From Actinomycetota bacterium (GTDB lineage Bacteria; Actinomycetota; Acidimicrobiia; IMCC26256; VFJJ01): 56,330 nucleotides of DNA. Under the pieces are notes generated by a model. The model did not search any database. It was given only the letters and a program-made list of their open reading frames with translations, and was not told where the DNA came from. The translations under genes and the position numbers were made by a program. Of this stretch, positions 1 through 11,514 are shown one piece after another (the first letter of the stretch is position 1; each line of letters starts with the position of its first letter). The DNA is taken from NCBI GenBank assembly GCA_009886115.1, contig VFJJ01000021.1:1-56330 (forward strand), read 5' to 3'.

Positions 1-3
1 CCC

Positions 4-480
4 GTGCAATGGTCGGGGCCGGCCACCCGCTTGAACGTCTCGATCATCCTCCTCGTGCTCTTCGTGGCCGCCTTCATGGGCATCATCAAGCGCAAGCCCA
101 AGCCCGAGACCGAGGCCACCTGGGCCGGCTCGATGGCGTTGTCGGTGCTCGTGTTCGCCGGCATGATGCTGGGCTACGGCGTGGTGCCCCACGAGTGGCT
201 CACCTACGCCGACACCATCTTGGAGTGGAACGACGACAAGTTCGTCTTCCGCCACACCGACAACGTCCCCACCGACTTCACCTATCGAGCCCTGCGCGAC
301 ATCATCGCCACGGTCATCTACGTGGTCGTGCTCGGGGGCAACGTCGCCATGTTCGCCATGTGGCAGAAGCGCCCCACCGCCGCGGCTCTGGCCGCCTCCC
401 AGGCGAAGGCCGTCGAGAGCGGCGGCTCCCGTCCCGGCGGCATGTCCCGCTTCGGCCGTCCCATCACGAAGAAGGCCTGA
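4..480 (+). CDS. membrane protein, first visible gene of the Rieske/cyt b operon (5' end may lie upstream of the window)
   Basis: 158-aa ORF with ~3 hydrophobic segments; ends 9 bp before the ferredoxin gene. Confidence 0.7.
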   Translation: MQWSGPATRLNVSIILLVLFVAAFMGIIKRKPKPETEATWAGSMALSVLVFAGMMLGYGVVPHEWLTYADTILEWNDDKFVFRHTDNVPTDFTYRALRDIIATVIYVVVLGGNVAMFAMWQKRPTAAALAASQAKAVESGGSRPGGMSRFGRPITKKA

Positions 481-489
481 GCCCACTCC

Positions 490-912
490 ATGGCCCGGTC
501 CGACGCGAACCCGCCGATGCCCGAGTTCTCCTCGGCGTATCACCTCCAAGAGGTCGACCCGTCGTGGTTGACCCAGGCGGTGAAGCCCAAGCAGTTCCTG
601 CACATCGATCAGCAGGAATGCATCATGTGCGAGGGCTGTGTCGACATCTGCCCCTGGAAGTGCATCCACATGCTGTCGGTCGATGCCATCGAGGGCGCGG
701 TCAACACCGACCGGCCCGGTGACGATCCGGCCGACACCGTGTTCTTCGTGGTCGACGAGGACGTCTGCACACGCTGTGCGTTGTGCGTCGACCGCTGCCC
801 CACCGGTGTGATCATCCTGGGCAAGACCGTCGCCGGTGGCGTGGGCACGGTCAAGGGTGATCCGCACCAGCGAGACAACAACCACGGCTACGCCTACGGC
901 CTGCGGTTCTAA
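490..912 (+). CDS. 2x[4Fe-4S] dicluster ferredoxin
   Basis: CIMCEGCVDICP and CTRCALCVDRCP motifs. Confidence 0.92.
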   Translation: MARSDANPPMPEFSSAYHLQEVDPSWLTQAVKPKQFLHIDQQECIMCEGCVDICPWKCIHMLSVDAIEGAVNTDRPGDDPADTVFFVVDEDVCTRCALCVDRCPTGVIILGKTVAGGVGTVKGDPHQRDNNHGYAYGLRF

Positions 913-923
913 GGGGGACCTGG

Positions 924-1697
<774 letters not shown>

Positions 1698-1745
1698 GGC
1701 CGGTGACGGTGTCTCTGTCGATGCGACCCTTCCTGGGAGCAGGCA

Positions 1746-2651
1746 ATGGCTGAAGTTCCCGAACATCTTCTCCAACGCAGTCGAGAGCGCCGCAAGGCGT
1801 TGGGCCTCGACGTCCCCGGCGACGAGGGCGGTGCGGCCCCGGCCGAAGCGCCTTCGGCCGACGCTCCGGCCGCGGAGGCCCCGGCTCCGGCTGCGGAAGC
1901 AGCCGAGGCCCCGGCTGCGGCTGCGGCCGCGTCGTCCGAGGTGACGCCGGCGGCAGCCTCGTCGGAGACACCGCCAGCCGCGTCGGCAGCCCCGGCCGAG
2001 GGCGCGAGCAAGATCCCCGCGCACCTGCTGGAGCGGTCGAAGAAGCGCAAGGTTGGCGCCACGGCGGGCGCAGCCGAGGGTGGCGGCGGCGCGGTGGCGA
2101 CTGCGGCCGCGGCCACTGCGGTGGCGGCCCCGCCGGCCACGGCCACCGGCCCGGGTGGGCACACCCAGCGCCTGCTCACGGTGGTCAAGGCCGGCTCGAT
2201 CCAACAGACCAAGGCCGACCCGGTCGACAAGGTTCACGTGTGGCCGCACCTGCTGGTCATGGAGTTCACCGCCATGTTGTTGCTCATGGCGCTGCTCACC
2301 GTGTTCTCGGCCATCGTGCGAGCACCGCTGCTGGAGCTGGCCGACTTCAACCGCACGCCGAACCCGTCCAAGGCGCCCTGGTACTTCCTCGGTCTCCAGG
2401 AGCTCCTCACGATGTTCCACCCCATGGTGGCCGGGGTGACGATCCCTGGTGTGGCGCTGGGGTTGCTCGGCGTGGCCCCGTTCGTCGACAAGACCACGTC
2501 GAACAAGCCGTCCGACCGGAAGTTCGCCATCTGCATCTTCACCCTGTTCATGATGTTCTGGGCCATCCTCGTGATCATCGGCTCGTTCTTCCGCGGCGAG
2601 GGCTTCAACTTCGTCTTCCCGTGGGAGTCGGGGCTGTTCTTCGACCTGTGA
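1746..2651 (+). CDS. petD: cytochrome b subunit IV-like protein with long Ala/Pro-rich N-terminal extension
   Basis: VWPHLL, TPNPSKAPWYFLGLQE (PEWY-equivalent), PFVD, 3 TM helices. Confidence 0.85.
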   Translation: MAEVPEHLLQRSRERRKALGLDVPGDEGGAAPAEAPSADAPAAEAPAPAAEAAEAPAAAAAASSEVTPAAASSETPPAASAAPAEGASKIPAHLLERSKKRKVGATAGAAEGGGGAVATAAAATAVAAPPATATGPGGHTQRLLTVVKAGSIQQTKADPVDKVHVWPHLLVMEFTAMLLLMALLTVFSAIVRAPLLELADFNRTPNPSKAPWYFLGLQELLTMFHPMVAGVTIPGVALGLLGVAPFVDKTTSNKPSDRKFAICIFTLFMMFWAILVIIGSFFRGEGFNFVFPWESGLFFDL

Positions 2652-2719
2652 TGCCACCGACCACCGAAACGACGTGAAGGCTGTGACCGCTGTGACGATC
2701 CTGAGAGCCGTCGAGCTGA

Positions 2720-2735
2720 CGTGCACCGGTGCACG
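2720..2735. promoter_or_regulatory. perfect 16-bp palindrome, candidate Rex operator
   Basis: CGTGCA-CCGG-TGCACG fits GTG(A/C)A-N4-T(T/G)CAC; lies upstream of the Rieske RBS. Confidence 0.4.
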
Positions 2736-2761
2736 CAGCCCGGGGCGCAGAGGAGCCTGAG

Positions 2762-3628
2762 ATGGATGCTGCTGACGTTCTGCTCATCGCCATCCCGGTG
2801 GTGATCATCCTCGCGGCCGTGGTGCTCATCGCCACGAGCCGCCGCCGCGATACCGGCGCAACGCTGCACGCCGAGGCCCGTCGCCGCGATCGGCGCAAGC
2901 CTGCGTACACGCCCGGCGCCATGAGCGAGTCCGAGCTCACGACTGCGGCACGCGACCGGTCCGACGCTTCGAGAGAGCTCGTCTCGGCCGCATCGGGCAG
3001 GCTGGCGACCCGGGGAACGGCACTGGCCCGGCGCGACCCCGACGAGGTCGCGGTGAGCCGACGCCAGTTCTTCAACCGGGGCATCGTGGGCATGATGGGC
3101 CTGGGCCTCGGCGGCTTCGGCGCCGCCTCGGTGGCGTTCCTCTGGCCGGGCGTGTCGGTGGGCGGATTCGGCTCGAAGGTGAAGACGCCGCTGTCGCTCG
3201 ACGACATCAAGGCCGAGATCACCGCCAAGAGGGCGCCGTTCTACGTGCCCGAGGCCCGCTCGTACCTTGTGCTCTACCCGCAAGACGCCGAGACGCTCGA
3301 CGCGGCCCGGGCCGTGTACAAGCCCAAGATCGTCGAGGGTATGGAGCAGCTCGGGGTCACCGCGCTCTACCAGAAGTGCGTGCACCTGGGTTGTCGGGTG
3401 CCGTGGTGCGCGTCGTCGCAGTGGTTCGAATGCCCGTGCCACGGCTCGAAGTACAACAAGGTCGGCGAGAAGCGCGGCGGACCGGCCCCCCGGGGCCTCG
3501 ACCACTGGCCCATCGAGCTCAACGAAGACGGCAGCGTCACGATCGACACCGGCGGTGCCGTCTTCAACGGTCCGGTGATCGGCGTCGACACCATCGCCCA
3601 GCAACCCGAAGGCCCGGCGTGCGTCTGA
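2762..3628 (+). CDS. petC: Rieske 2Fe-2S subunit
   Basis: CVHLGC and CPCHGSKY boxes, GPAPRGL, internal SRRQFF twin-Arg motif; AGGAG RBS before ATG 2762. Confidence 0.92.
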   Translation: MDAADVLLIAIPVVIILAAVVLIATSRRRDTGATLHAEARRRDRRKPAYTPGAMSESELTTAARDRSDASRELVSAASGRLATRGTALARRDPDEVAVSRRQFFNRGIVGMMGLGLGGFGAASVAFLWPGVSVGGFGSKVKTPLSLDDIKAEITAKRAPFYVPEARSYLVLYPQDAETLDAARAVYKPKIVEGMEQLGVTALYQKCVHLGCRVPWCASSQWFECPCHGSKYNKVGEKRGGPAPRGLDHWPIELNEDGSVTIDTGGAVFNGPVIGVDTIAQQPEGPACV

Positions 3629-3668
3629 TCCCCGTCGCCCGTCCCGTTCCCGTCCCCTCGAGGCCACC

Positions 3669-4727
3669 GTGCTCAAGACCACGCTGATCGTCCTGAACGT
3701 CGTCGTCGGCGTCGGCCTCCTCGGTGTGGTCGTCGGCGCGTCGGTGGCCAAGTCCAAGCGCGCCACCACCCCGGCCAACCTGGCGCCGCACTACGCCGAC
3801 GACGTGCTCGAGAACCAGCACCTCTCGCGGGTGTTGGGCTGGGCGCTGCTGATGGTGGCCATCGTCGCCATCGCGCTCCCCGCATACTGGTTGTTGATCC
3901 CCGAGATCCAGTCGCGCCACAGCGACGCCTTCGGCGAGCGGGCCGTGGCCCAGGGCGCCGCAGCCTTCCAGTCGACCAGCATCGACCCCCTGGCCCTGGG
4001 TTGTGCCGACTGCCACGGCGCCAAGGGCGAGGGTGGTGCGGCCGTCTACGTCTACAACGACCCGATCACCGAGCGGAGGTACAGCCTGAGCTGGCAGGCT
4101 CCGCCCCTCGACACCGTGCTGTTGCGCTTCCCCCGCGAACAGGTGGCCACGGTCCTCGTCTACGGCCGACCCGGATCACCCATGCCCGCCTGGGGCATCG
4201 AGGGCGGCGGTCCGCTGAACGCCCAGGGCATCGAGGATCTCGTCGCGTTCATCGAGTCGATCCAGATCACACCGGCCGAGGCCCAAGCCCGGGCTCTCAA
4301 GGACCTGAACACGGCCCGCGAGACCAACCCCGACGCCAGCGACGGTGAGCTGCTGTTCAACCTCAACTGCGCCCGGTGCCACACCCAGGGCTGGTCGATC
4401 GCCGAGTCGTATGCGCAACCGGGCCAGCCCAACGGTCGCGGCGGGGCCGGCCAGCCCTTGCCGATGATCCCCGGTGGCGGGGCCTACGGCCCGGCGTTGC
4501 TCGACGGCCGGGTCGTGCGCCAGTTCCCCGCGGCCGAGGACCACGTGAAGTTCATCGAGGCCGGCTCGGAGTTCCAGGTGGGATACGGCGTACGGGGCAT
4601 CGGCTCGGGCGGGATGCCCGGCTACGCCGAGATGCTCACTCCCGAGCAGATCGCCGCCATCGTCGAGCACGAGCGCGCGCTCACCTCGCCCGCCGAGGAA
4701 TCCTCCTCCACGGAGGACGGCGCATGA
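3669..4727 (+). CDS. membrane-anchored di-heme cytochrome c
   Basis: CADCH and CARCH with distal MP motifs (SPMPAW, GMPGY); two N-terminal TM helices. Confidence 0.9.
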   Translation: MLKTTLIVLNVVVGVGLLGVVVGASVAKSKRATTPANLAPHYADDVLENQHLSRVLGWALLMVAIVAIALPAYWLLIPEIQSRHSDAFGERAVAQGAAAFQSTSIDPLALGCADCHGAKGEGGAAVYVYNDPITERRYSLSWQAPPLDTVLLRFPREQVATVLVYGRPGSPMPAWGIEGGGPLNAQGIEDLVAFIESIQITPAEAQARALKDLNTARETNPDASDGELLFNLNCARCHTQGWSIAESYAQPGQPNGRGGAGQPLPMIPGGGAYGPALLDGRVVRQFPAAEDHVKFIEAGSEFQVGYGVRGIGSGGMPGYAEMLTPEQIAAIVEHERALTSPAEESSSTEDGA

Positions 4728-4779
4728 CCTCGCGCGCGTTGGTACGAGTCCCGAGCATCCTCAGCCGGACGGTGATCTT

Positions 4780-5589
4780 GTGAGTGTCTCCGCGATCTTG
4801 GCCCAGGTCCACGGCGGCGGAGGCGACGGCCTGTGGGATCCCAAGCTCAAGGGATACCTCACCGTCATCATGGCTGTGGGGCTGTTCTGCGGCTCCGTGT
4901 ACCTCCTGCTGTGGACCAACATGGGCTCGTCGCAGTCCTTCCTCATCGCCTCGTCGGCCATCTTCGGCATCATGATGATCCTCTCGACGCTGTGGGTCAC
5001 GGGCCAGTTCCACCAGGCGTACAAGGGCCGCCAGCCGTCGTGGGAGCTGGAGGAGATCCTTCCTGCCGGGGCGGCGTACACCGACTCGACGGTGGGCAAG
5101 ATCAGGAACCTCGACCCCGCGGCGTCACGGGCCACGACGCTCGATGCCGGCCAGATCCGGCCCGACCTCGAGTCGATCATCGCCGGTGAGGCCGCCGACG
5201 ATGCGACCAAGCTCTTCACCGAGGTCGAGGACTTCGACGTCGTCACCACCTACAAGGTGGGTGGCGAGCGCAAGATGCCCATCTGGTGGTCGAACAAGCC
5301 GGCCTTCGCCGCCATCGAGGTGTGCACGCAGACCACGGCGCCACCCGACTTCGACGTCATCAACGGGGTGTTCCTGCGCGAGTGCGACCCCACGATCCCC
5401 AACCAGGTCGTGGTGCTGTACCGTGACCTCGGGTCTGACCGGCTCTGGTCGGCGGTGGTGTTCTTCGCCTCCAGCCTCATGTTCGGTGGATCCCTGTACC
5501 TCCTGTACGTCCTCGAGATCCGCCAGCGTCAGCAGAAGGCGGCCCTGGTGCCCGTTGCAGCTGGCGCCGACGCCACCGTCAAGGTCTAG
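4780..5589 (+). CDS. membrane protein of unknown function in the cyt bc operon
   Basis: 2 N-terminal TM, soluble domain with a Cys pair, C-terminal TM; co-oriented with the operon. Confidence 0.7.
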   Translation: MSVSAILAQVHGGGGDGLWDPKLKGYLTVIMAVGLFCGSVYLLLWTNMGSSQSFLIASSAIFGIMMILSTLWVTGQFHQAYKGRQPSWELEEILPAGAAYTDSTVGKIRNLDPAASRATTLDAGQIRPDLESIIAGEAADDATKLFTEVEDFDVVTTYKVGGERKMPIWWSNKPAFAAIEVCTQTTAPPDFDVINGVFLRECDPTIPNQVVVLYRDLGSDRLWSAVVFFASSLMFGGSLYLLYVLEIRQRQQKAALVPVAAGADATVKV

Positions 5590-5598
5590 GAGATCCCG

Positions 5599-5835
5599 AT
5601 GCGCAGCCGCTCCCGCACGCTCGTGACCGTGGTTGTGCTCACGATGGCCTTTGTCGTGTCGTTCGCATCGCCGGCCATGGCCGAGACCAAGCCCCAGCTC
5701 ATCGACGGCTCCGAAGACGGGGCGCTGGCGTTCGTGGCCTTCGCTGCCATGTGCATGGTCTTCTGGGGCCTGCTGTTCGCGGTCGACAAGGTCCGCCAGA
5801 AGGCCGAGGACGAACGCGACAAGTTGGACGCGTAG
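5599..5835 (+). CDS. small membrane protein (signal-peptide-like N-terminus plus 1 TM)
   Basis: AGGAG RBS, 78 aa, AMA cleavage-like motif, hydrophobic C-terminal helix. Confidence 0.65.
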   Translation: MRSRSRTLVTVVVLTMAFVVSFASPAMAETKPQLIDGSEDGALAFVAFAAMCMVFWGLLFAVDKVRQKAEDERDKLDA

Positions 5836-5842
5836 CCAGGCG

Positions 5843-7119
<1,277 letters not shown>

Positions 7120-7123
<4 letters not shown>

Positions 7124-7263
7124 CGGGTCAGTTCCTCGGCGCTCTCGGGGGTGTGGGTGTTCTCGGTGGTCTGTGCGGTTGCCGCGGGCGGAGCTGCGGG
7201 TGGAGCTGCGGGTGGAGCCGCGGGCGGAGCCGCGGGCGGAGCCGCGGGCGGAGCGGTCGTCAT
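7120..7263 (-). CDS. putative 47-aa (APPA)6 micro-ORF translationally coupled to hemL
   Basis: MTT(APPA)6[20 protein letters not shown]; its TGA overlaps the hemL ATG (ATGA). Confidence 0.35.
7183..7254. repeat. 12-bp tandem repeat x6
   Basis: (c/t)gcggg(c/t)ggagc, six copies. Confidence 0.9.
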
Positions 7264-7305
7264 GAGGTGACTACCGCAGAGAAGGTCTCGGTGTCTCGGC
7301 CGTCG

Positions 7306-8286
7306 TCATCCGTTGAGCTCTTCGGCGATCTCTCGGGCCAGGTAGGTGAGGATGATGTCGGCGCCCGCCCGCTTGATCGAGACGAGGTGCTCCCAGGCGA
7401 CCTGGTGCCCGTCGATCCAGCCGTTGGCCGCGGCCGCCTTGAGCATCGAGTACTCGCCGCTCACGTGATACGCGGCCAACGGGACGTTGACGACCGAGCG
7501 CACCTCGGCGATGACGTCGAGGTACGACAGCGCGGGCTTGACCATCACCATGTCGGCGCCCTCGTCGATGTCGAGCAGCACCTCGTCGAGGGCCTCCCGG
7601 GCGTTGGCGGGGTCCATCTGATAACCCCGCCGATCACCGAACTGGGGGGCGCACTCGCCGGCGTCACGGAACGGGCCGTACTCGGCCGAGGCGTACTTGA
7701 CCGCGTACGACAGCACCAGGCGGTCGTCGAAGCCGGCGTCGTCGAGCGCTCCCCGGATCGCGCCGACCATCCCGTCCATCATGCCCGACGGGGCGATGAC
7801 GTCGGCCCCGGCCCGGGCCTGCGCCACGCAGATCGAGCGGAGCCGGTCGAGCGTGTCGTCGTTGTCGACCTCGCCGGCGGGGGTGAGGATGCCGCAGTGA
7901 CCGTGATCGGTGTATTCGTCGAGGCAGGTGTCGACCATGAGCACCAGCGAGTCGCCCACCTCGTCGCGGAGGTTGCGCAGCGCGACCTGCACGACCCCGT
8001 CAGGATCGTCGGCCGCCGAGCCCCGCCCGTCCTTGGCCGACGGGATGCCGAAGAGGATGACGGCGGGCACCCCGAGATCACGCAGCGCCCGCACCTCCGT
8101 GCGGAGGCTCTCCTGGGTGTGCTGCATCACGCCGGGCATCGAGAGGATGGGCTGGGGCCCGGTGAGGCCTTCCTTCACGAACAGCGGCGCCACGAGATCG
8201 TCGACCGTCACCGAGTGCTCTGCCACCAGGCGGCGCAGCGCCGGAGTACGTCGGAGGCGCCGGAGACGGCGGGTGGGGAAGGTCAT
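7306..8286 (-). CDS. hemB: porphobilinogen synthase
   Basis: CLDEYTDHGHCG, APSGMMDG, YGPFRDA, MVKPAL. Confidence 0.97.
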   Translation of the reverse strand: MTFPTRRLRRLRRTPALRRLVAEHSVTVDDLVAPLFVKEGLTGPQPILSMPGVMQHTQESLRTEVRALRDLGVPAVILFGIPSAKDGRGSAADDPDGVVQVALRNLRDEVGDSLVLMVDTCLDEYTDHGHCGILTPAGEVDNDDTLDRLRSICVAQARAGADVIAPSGMMDGMVGAIRGALDDAGFDDRLVLSYAVKYASAEYGPFRDAGECAPQFGDRRGYQMDPANAREALDEVLLDIDEGADMVMVKPALSYLDVIAEVRSVVNVPLAAYHVSGEYSMLKAAAANGWIDGHQVAWEHLVSIKRAGADIILTYLAREIAEELNG

Positions 8287-9344
8287 CGCGTCATCCTAAC
8301 GGCCGGCCCCAACAAGCCGACCACGGCGGCGACCACCCCGGGAATCGTGTGTGGATCGGCCTCCACGGCCACGGTGAGGCCGAGCTCGCGAGCTGCCGCC
8401 GACGTGATCGGCCCGATCGACACCACCGGTGGGTGCGGGTTGGGGAGGGCGCCGCCCAGAGCCGCCGCGACCCCCTCGCACCAACCGGTGACCGTCGATG
8501 CCGAGGTGAACGTGACGGCGTCGACGGCGTCCCCGATCGCCAATGCCTCGACGATGTCGGGGGAGGGGCGGGCGGGCGACGTTTCGTACACGGGGAGCAC
8601 CTCCACCGAGTACCCGAGCCGGGCGAGGCCTTCGGGGAGCACGTCCCGGGCCGCGAGCGCCCGGGCGATGAGCACCCGCGGTGCGGAGCAGCGCGAGCCG
8701 CCCGTGCCCGTGCCGAGCGTGCCCGTGCCGGCTGTGCCCGGGTCTGAGCGCTCGGACCCGCCCCCCGAGGCGGGGGTCGTCGCAGGCGTTGCCGCGGGCG
8801 TTTCCGCGGGCCGAGCGGGGGGGAAGGACGCCAGGAGCGCCTCGGCCACGAACCGCTCGGGGACCAGATCGGCGCGGATGCCCCGCCGGGCGAGGGCGGC
8901 CGCCGTACCGGGCCCGACGGCGGCGACGAGGCAGCCGGCCAGGGCCCGGGCATCGCGGCCCTGGCGATCGAGGCCGAGTGCGAAGAACCGGTCGACGCCG
9001 TTGGGCGAGGTGAAGACGATCCAGGCGTACGCGGCCAGGTCGGCCGGAGGAGTGAAGTCGACGTCGCCGAACGAGATCGTGGGGACCGCCAACGTCGAGG
9101 CGCCCAGCATCGTCAGCGCCGACACGAGCTCGGAGGCCTGGGCGCTCGAACGGGTCACGGCGATCACCCGGCCATACAGCGGCAGGCGGGCAAGCAGCTC
9201 GCCGTCGACCGGGAGATCGTCGGGAGCGCCCCGTCCCACCACGACCGACCGACCGAGATCGTGGAGCCGCCGGGCCTGCACGGCCCACGGTCCGGGCTGG
9301 AGCGGATCGCCCGCCGCCTCGACCCTGACCGGCGACGCGCTCAC
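8283..9344 (-). CDS. hemD: uroporphyrinogen-III synthase
   Basis: PLYGRVIAVTRSSAQASEL, FTSPNGV, VGPGTA, FTSASTV, SIGPITS; GTG overlaps the hemC stop. Confidence 0.85.
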   Translation of the reverse strand: MSASPVRVEAAGDPLQPGPWAVQARRLHDLGRSVVVGRGAPDDLPVDGELLARLPLYGRVIAVTRSSAQASELVSALTMLGASTLAVPTISFGDVDFTPPADLAAYAWIVFTSPNGVDRFFALGLDRQGRDARALAGCLVAAVGPGTAAALARRGIRADLVPERFVAEALLASFPPARPAETPAATPATTPASGGGSERSDPGTAGTGTLGTGTGGSRCSAPRVLIARALAARDVLPEGLARLGYSVEVLPVYETSPARPSPDIVEALAIGDAVDAVTFTSASTVTGWCEGVAAALGGALPNPHPPVVSIGPITSAAARELGLTVAVEADPHTIPGVVAAVVGLLGPAVRMTR

Positions 9345-10252
9345 TGCCCGGCGGCCGCCGACGCGGCCTCGGCCCCGGCCTGCACGGTCGCGGCCACTGC
9401 TCGCCCGGCTTCGCTCGGCACGAGCGCCGCCGCCCGGCGCCGCACCACCCACGACCCGTCGTGCGCCGCGAGGAGCGCCTCGATCAGGACCCGACCCGAG
9501 CCCGTGGGATCGAGAGCGGCCAGGGCTCCGCACGGGAGATCGCACCCGCCCCCCAGCTCGGCAAGGAAGGCCCGCTCGGCGGTGACCGCGGCGCGCGCAT
9601 CGGGCCGATCGATCGCTCCGCACCATTCGATCGCCTGCTCGTCGTCGCTGCGGCATTCGACGGCCACGGCGCCCTGGCCCACCTGCGGGAGCATCACCGA
9701 CGGCTCGAGCAGCTCGGTGAGGTGCTCGCTCCAGCCCAGCCGGATGAACGCCGCGGCCGCGACCACGACGGCGTCGAAGTCGGCGGCCCGAGCGAGGCGG
9801 GTCGCCATGTTGCCTCGCAGCTCGTGGAACACGATGTCGGGCCGGATCGCGGCGAGCTGAGCCCGCCGGCGGACCGAGCCCGTGGCGACCGTCCCCCCGT
9901 GGGGGATGTCGTCGAGTCGCGAGCCCACCAGCGCGTCACGCACGTCTTCGCGCTCGGGTATCGCGCCCAGCACGAGCCCGTCGGCGAGTCGAGACGGCAG
10001 GTCCTTGGCCGAGTGCACGGCCAGATCGGCTCTGCCGTCGAGCAGGGCTTCCTCCACCTCCTTGACGAACACACCGGTCCCACCGAGGGCTGAGATCGGA
10101 ACCTCGGTGCTGCGATCGCCGACGGTCGAGACCACGACGATCTCGGTCTCGACGCCGCAGGTCTCGGCCAGGCGACGGGCGACCATGTCGGCCTGCCACC
10201 GGGCCAACGGGCTCCCGCGGGTGGCGAGGCGGACCTTCGGTGCCGGGCTCAC
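9341..10252 (-). CDS. hemC: hydroxymethylbilane synthase
   Basis: ATRGSPLARWQ, GVFVKE, VHSAKD, LRGN, GGCDLP. Confidence 0.96.
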   Translation of the reverse strand: MSPAPKVRLATRGSPLARWQADMVARRLAETCGVETEIVVVSTVGDRSTEVPISALGGTGVFVKEVEEALLDGRADLAVHSAKDLPSRLADGLVLGAIPEREDVRDALVGSRLDDIPHGGTVATGSVRRRAQLAAIRPDIVFHELRGNMATRLARAADFDAVVVAAAAFIRLGWSEHLTELLEPSVMLPQVGQGAVAVECRSDDEQAIEWCGAIDRPDARAAVTAERAFLAELGGGCDLPCGALAALDPTGSGRVLIEALLAAHDGSWVVRRRAAALVPSEAGRAVAATVQAGAEAASAAAGQ

Positions 10253-11505
10253 AGGTCGAACAGAGCCGTGAGGAGGTCGCGCCAGGCGGCGTGGTCGTCG
10301 GCGCTGGCGGCCTTGAGACGCATGGTGGGCTCGTGGAGGAGCTTGTTGACGATGCCTCTGGTCAAGGCCTCGATGGCCTCGCGAGAACGGGGGTCGAGCT
10401 CCGACAGACGGTTGGTGTACCGGTCGAGCTCGGCGATCCGGATCTCCTCGGCCCGCTCTCGCAGCGCCACCACGAGCGGGGCGGCCTCGCGGGCCAGGCG
10501 ATCCTCGCGAAAGCGCGCCAGCTCATCGCCGATGATCGCACGGGCCCGAGGCAGCTCGGCCTTCCGGGTATCGAGGACCCGATCAGCGTGGGCCTCGAGG
10601 TGGCTCATGTCGATGACGGTGACCCCGGGAACACCCGCCGCGCCCGGGTCGACGTCGCGGGGCACGGCGATGTCGATGATCAACAGCGGACGAGACGGCC
10701 GTCCGCTCATGGCCGCCACGATGTCGTCGACGGTGACCACGAAGTCGGGCGCGCCCGTGGAGGTGAGGAGCACGTCGGCTCGGCCCATCACGGATCGGAG
10801 TTGATCGAGGCCGATCCCGCGGCCGCCGATCCGGGTGGCGAGCTCGACGGCCCGCTCGGGGGAACGGTTGGCCACGATGACCTCACCCGCGGCCGCGTCG
10901 GCCAGGGCCGTCGTCATTCCCTCGCCCATGACTCCGGCCCCGACGAGCACGACGTTGGCGCCGGCGAGCGATCCGAGCAGGGATGTGGCCACCGCGACCG
11001 CGGTGGTCGAGATCGAGACCGAGCCTCGACCGATGGCCGTCTCGGTGCGGATGCGCTTGCCGACCTCGACCGCGTGCCGGAACGTGCGCGAGAGGCTCTG
11101 GAGCGCCGTCCCCTCGCGCTCGGCGACCAGCCAGGCCTCACGGACCTGACCGAGCACCTCCGACTCGCCGATGATCATCGAGTCGAGACCCGCGGCCACG
11201 GCGAAAAGGTGCGAGACCGCGGCGTCGTCGTGGTAGGTGTAAAGGTGCGACGTGAGCGTGTTGGTGTCGCACCCGGCCTGCGCCGCGAGGAACTCGACGG
11301 CGTCCTGGACCCCGGGATGGAACTTCGTGCAGCGGGCGTAGACCTCGGTTCGGTTGCACGTGGACAACACGACGGCCTCAGCCAAGTGCTCACGCTGGGC
11401 CAGGTCGTGGAGCGCCTTGGGGACCAGCGAGGGATTGATGGCCAGACGCTCGAGCAGGTTGAGCGGTGCGCTGTGGTGATTGAGACCCACGACGACGAGT
11501 GACAT
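10249..11505 (-). CDS. hemA: glutamyl-tRNA reductase
   Basis: LSTCNRTE, GLDSMIIGESEVLGQ, GAGVMG, DIAVPRD. Confidence 0.97.
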   Translation of the reverse strand: MSLVVVGLNHHSAPLNLLERLAINPSLVPKALHDLAQREHLAEAVVLSTCNRTEVYARCTKFHPGVQDAVEFLAAQAGCDTNTLTSHLYTYHDDAAVSHLFAVAAGLDSMIIGESEVLGQVREAWLVAEREGTALQSLSRTFRHAVEVGKRIRTETAIGRGSVSISTTAVAVATSLLGSLAGANVVLVGAGVMGEGMTTALADAAAGEVIVANRSPERAVELATRIGGRGIGLDQLRSVMGRADVLLTSTGAPDFVVTVDDIVAAMSGRPSRPLLIIDIAVPRDVDPGAAGVPGVTVIDMSHLEAHADRVLDTRKAELPRARAIIGDELARFREDRLAREAAPLVVALRERAEEIRIAELDRYTNRLSELDPRSREAIEALTRGIVNKLLHEPTMRLKAASADDHAAWRDLLTALFDL

Positions 11506-11514
11506 GGCTGCCGC

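Noticed and set aside
7153..9585. 810-aa + strand ORF and many other long shadow ORFs (e.g. 15538-17853, 43157-45271, 45326-48034)
   Set aside because: Antisense or off-frame to well-supported genes; expected from stop-codon scarcity in high-GC DNA; no motifs
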